Origin: Deinococcales bacterium | GTDB taxonomy: Bacteria; Deinococcota; Deinococci; Deinococcales; JAAFIG01 | Direction of reading: 5' to 3' | Assembly: GCA_046289535.1 (NCBI GenBank) | Contig: JBKBVO010000001.1 | Coordinates: forward strand, 1-39,875 | Length of the DNA: 39,875 bases | Part shown: positions 38,426 through 39,875 of the stretch, in pieces | Numbering within the stretch: position 1 is the stretch's first letter | Layout: each line of letters opens with the position of its first letter | Translations under genes and position numbers: made by a program | The notes under the pieces: generated by a model | What the model saw: only the letters and a program-made list of their open reading frames with translations | What the model was told of the DNA's origin: nothing | Databases searched by the model: none

Positions 38426-39661
38426 TTACTTCTTGATAATCGCCGCTTTGATCTGCTCTACGCCCTTGGCATGCAAACCTGCAATATCGGCATTGGCGGT
38501 CTTGATCGAGAGGTTCAGTGCATCGCCCCAAGGACCCCAAACCTGACCCATTTCGGGAATGTTTGGCATTGGAATACCCTTGGCGATGGCTGCACCGAAG
38601 CCTGCAGCGACTGGGTCTTTGCCCAATTGGCGCACGGCGCTCTTGGAAATTGGCAAGCGCCCACCTGTCTTAAAGAGGCTGACTTGGTTGGCGTTGCTGA
38701 CCAAGAATTTGGCGAACTCAGAAGTGATTGCTTTTTGCTTGGAGTAGGCATTCATCACCACGCCACGCACACCAATGAATGGTTGGAAGTCTTGGGTTGC
38801 ACCCGTTGGGCGTGGTGGCAAACCAATACCATAGTCAATCTTGGCTTTCTTGATGTCTGCCATCTTCCAAGGACCGTTCAGCCACATGGCAAGATTACCC
38901 TTGGCAAAGAGGTCGGTTTGCAAGCCATCGTCTTCCGCGCCTTCGGGGATCAGCTTAAACTTGAAGCGCAAATCGTTGAGCATCTGCGCCGCTTTGACTG
39001 CACCAGCATTGGCAAGACCAATGTCATTGATATTCAAGCTGCCATCTTTATTCTTACCAAAAACATATGCACCAAAGGCGCGGTAGAAGCCGTGCATGTG
39101 GTATTGAATACCAATTGGTGAGAGGAAGCCAAACTGCTGCTTCTCGAGATTGGTGAGGTTTTGCGAAACCTTAATAAATTCATCCCAAGTCTTGGGGATA
39201 CCGCCGGGCAACAACTTCTTATTGTAAATCAAAGCCACGGCTTCGCCGAACATCGGGATACCAAAGGTGCGTCCCTTGTAGTTAAACGCGTCCAAACCGC
39301 TTTCGGCGACATCGGCTTTGAAGCCTACGGTCAGGTACTTATCCATTGGCTCGAGTACACCGGCGCTAGCGAACTGACCGACTTGGTCATGCGGGATTGT
39401 CGCAATCAAATCCGGACCCTCGCCTTTTGGTGCGCTTTGAATAAATTTGTCGCGGTTTTCGCCCAAGGGCACCGCCACAACCTCGAGTTTCGCACCCTTA
39501 GCAGCGGGGGTCTTCTCGAAAGCGTTTGCTGCTGCCGAGAACCACTTCAGTTCTTCGGTACCAAAGTCCGTCCAGATTGTAATCTTGCTCTGCCCTTGTA
39601 CGGTTGCACCAGCAACCAGTGCCAAGCTCAGCGCCGCAACTGTTCCAATAACCTTTTTCAT
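38426..39661 (-). CDS. malE: Maltose/maltodextrin-type extracellular solute-binding protein
   Basis: The ATG at 39661 is preceded by GGAGGAAGG, followed by signal peptide MKKVIGTVAALSLALVAGA. GPDLIATIPHDQVGQFASAGVLEP parallels E. coli MalE [21 protein letters not shown]. The upstream part of the track ORF is probably untranslated. Confidence 0.85.
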   Translation of the reverse strand: MKKVIGTVAALSLALVAGATVQGQSKITIWTDFGTEELKWFSAAANAFEKTPAAKGAKLEVVAVPLGENRDKFIQSAPKGEGPDLIATIPHDQVGQFASAGVLEPMDKYLTVGFKADVAESGLDAFNYKGRTFGIPMFGEAVALIYNKKLLPGGIPKTWDEFIKVSQNLTNLEKQQFGFLSPIGIQYHMHGFYRAFGAYVFGKNKDGSLNINDIGLANAGAVKAAQMLNDLRFKFKLIPEGAEDDGLQTDLFAKGNLAMWLNGPWKMADIKKAKIDYGIGLPPRPTGATQDFQPFIGVRGVVMNAYSKQKAITSEFAKFLVSNANQVSLFKTGGRLPISKSAVRQLGKDPVAAGFGAAIAKGIPMPNIPEMGQVWGPWGDALNLSIKTANADIAGLHAKGVEQIKAAIIKK

Positions 39662-39875
39662 GTTCCTTCCTCCGTGGGCTTCAAGCCGTTCATCCGAACT
39701 TGGTAGCGCTTCCACCGCAAAGGAGACACGAAAACGCCCGAGAACAGATTGAATCATGCTTTTGCCTCGTTTGGATGCTAACACAAAATTGTTAGAAGTG
39801 GAAGTACGCGCGACAAAACAAGAACACCAATAGAACAAAGGCACGCGTACCTCATTCATGAAGTTATCCCTGGTA

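Overview
This window looks like a chromosomal, mostly housekeeping segment. I place it in a Deinococcus-Thermus-like bacterium because the L32, SdhC/D and MalE-type proteins resemble Deinococcus/Thermus proteins as I remember them; I ran no search. I can support about 37 protein genes, one initiator tRNA, and several intrinsic terminators and sigma70-like promoters. The genes include: a molybdopterin oxidoreductase, vapBC, murE, udk, a DUF305 protein, maf-mreC-mreD, ubiX, a threonine dehydratase, a large G8/CEMIP-like lipoprotein, an ABC-F ATPase, a radical SAM protein, an AAC(3)-family acetyltransferase, a TPR protein paired with an M50-like protein, a GH42 beta-galactosidase, a TRIC-like channel, malic enzyme, a SARP/TPR-like protein, a GAF-PAS-GAF-GGDEF gene, pheA, a DUF4258-like protein, a cyclophilin, sdhCDAB, a polyprenyl synthase, tpiA, an HD-GYP protein, rpmF and malEFG. 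I found no transposase, integrase, CRISPR array, rRNA or prophage signature. The strongest signal is not a gene. The 6-bp palindrome CTCGAG occurs about 200 times (206 by hand count, roughly one per 190-200 bp), against about 10 expected. It appears in all three codon phases and in intergenic DNA, much like the cyanobacterial HIP1 palindrome but denser. Secondary observations are: an in-frame TAA that splits a GAF-PAS-GAF-GGDEF diguanylate cyclase inside its PAS domain; an M50 (site-2 protease) homologue whose HExxH motif has become HNxxQ, coupled to a TPR gene; a eukaryote-like G8/RYPVHFH (CEMIP/TMEM2-type) lipoprotein; a vapBC module whose stop overlaps the murE start; and an orphan terminator-like hairpin in front of a solitary DUF4258-like gene. 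All counts and motif calls were made by eye and should be confirmed computationally.
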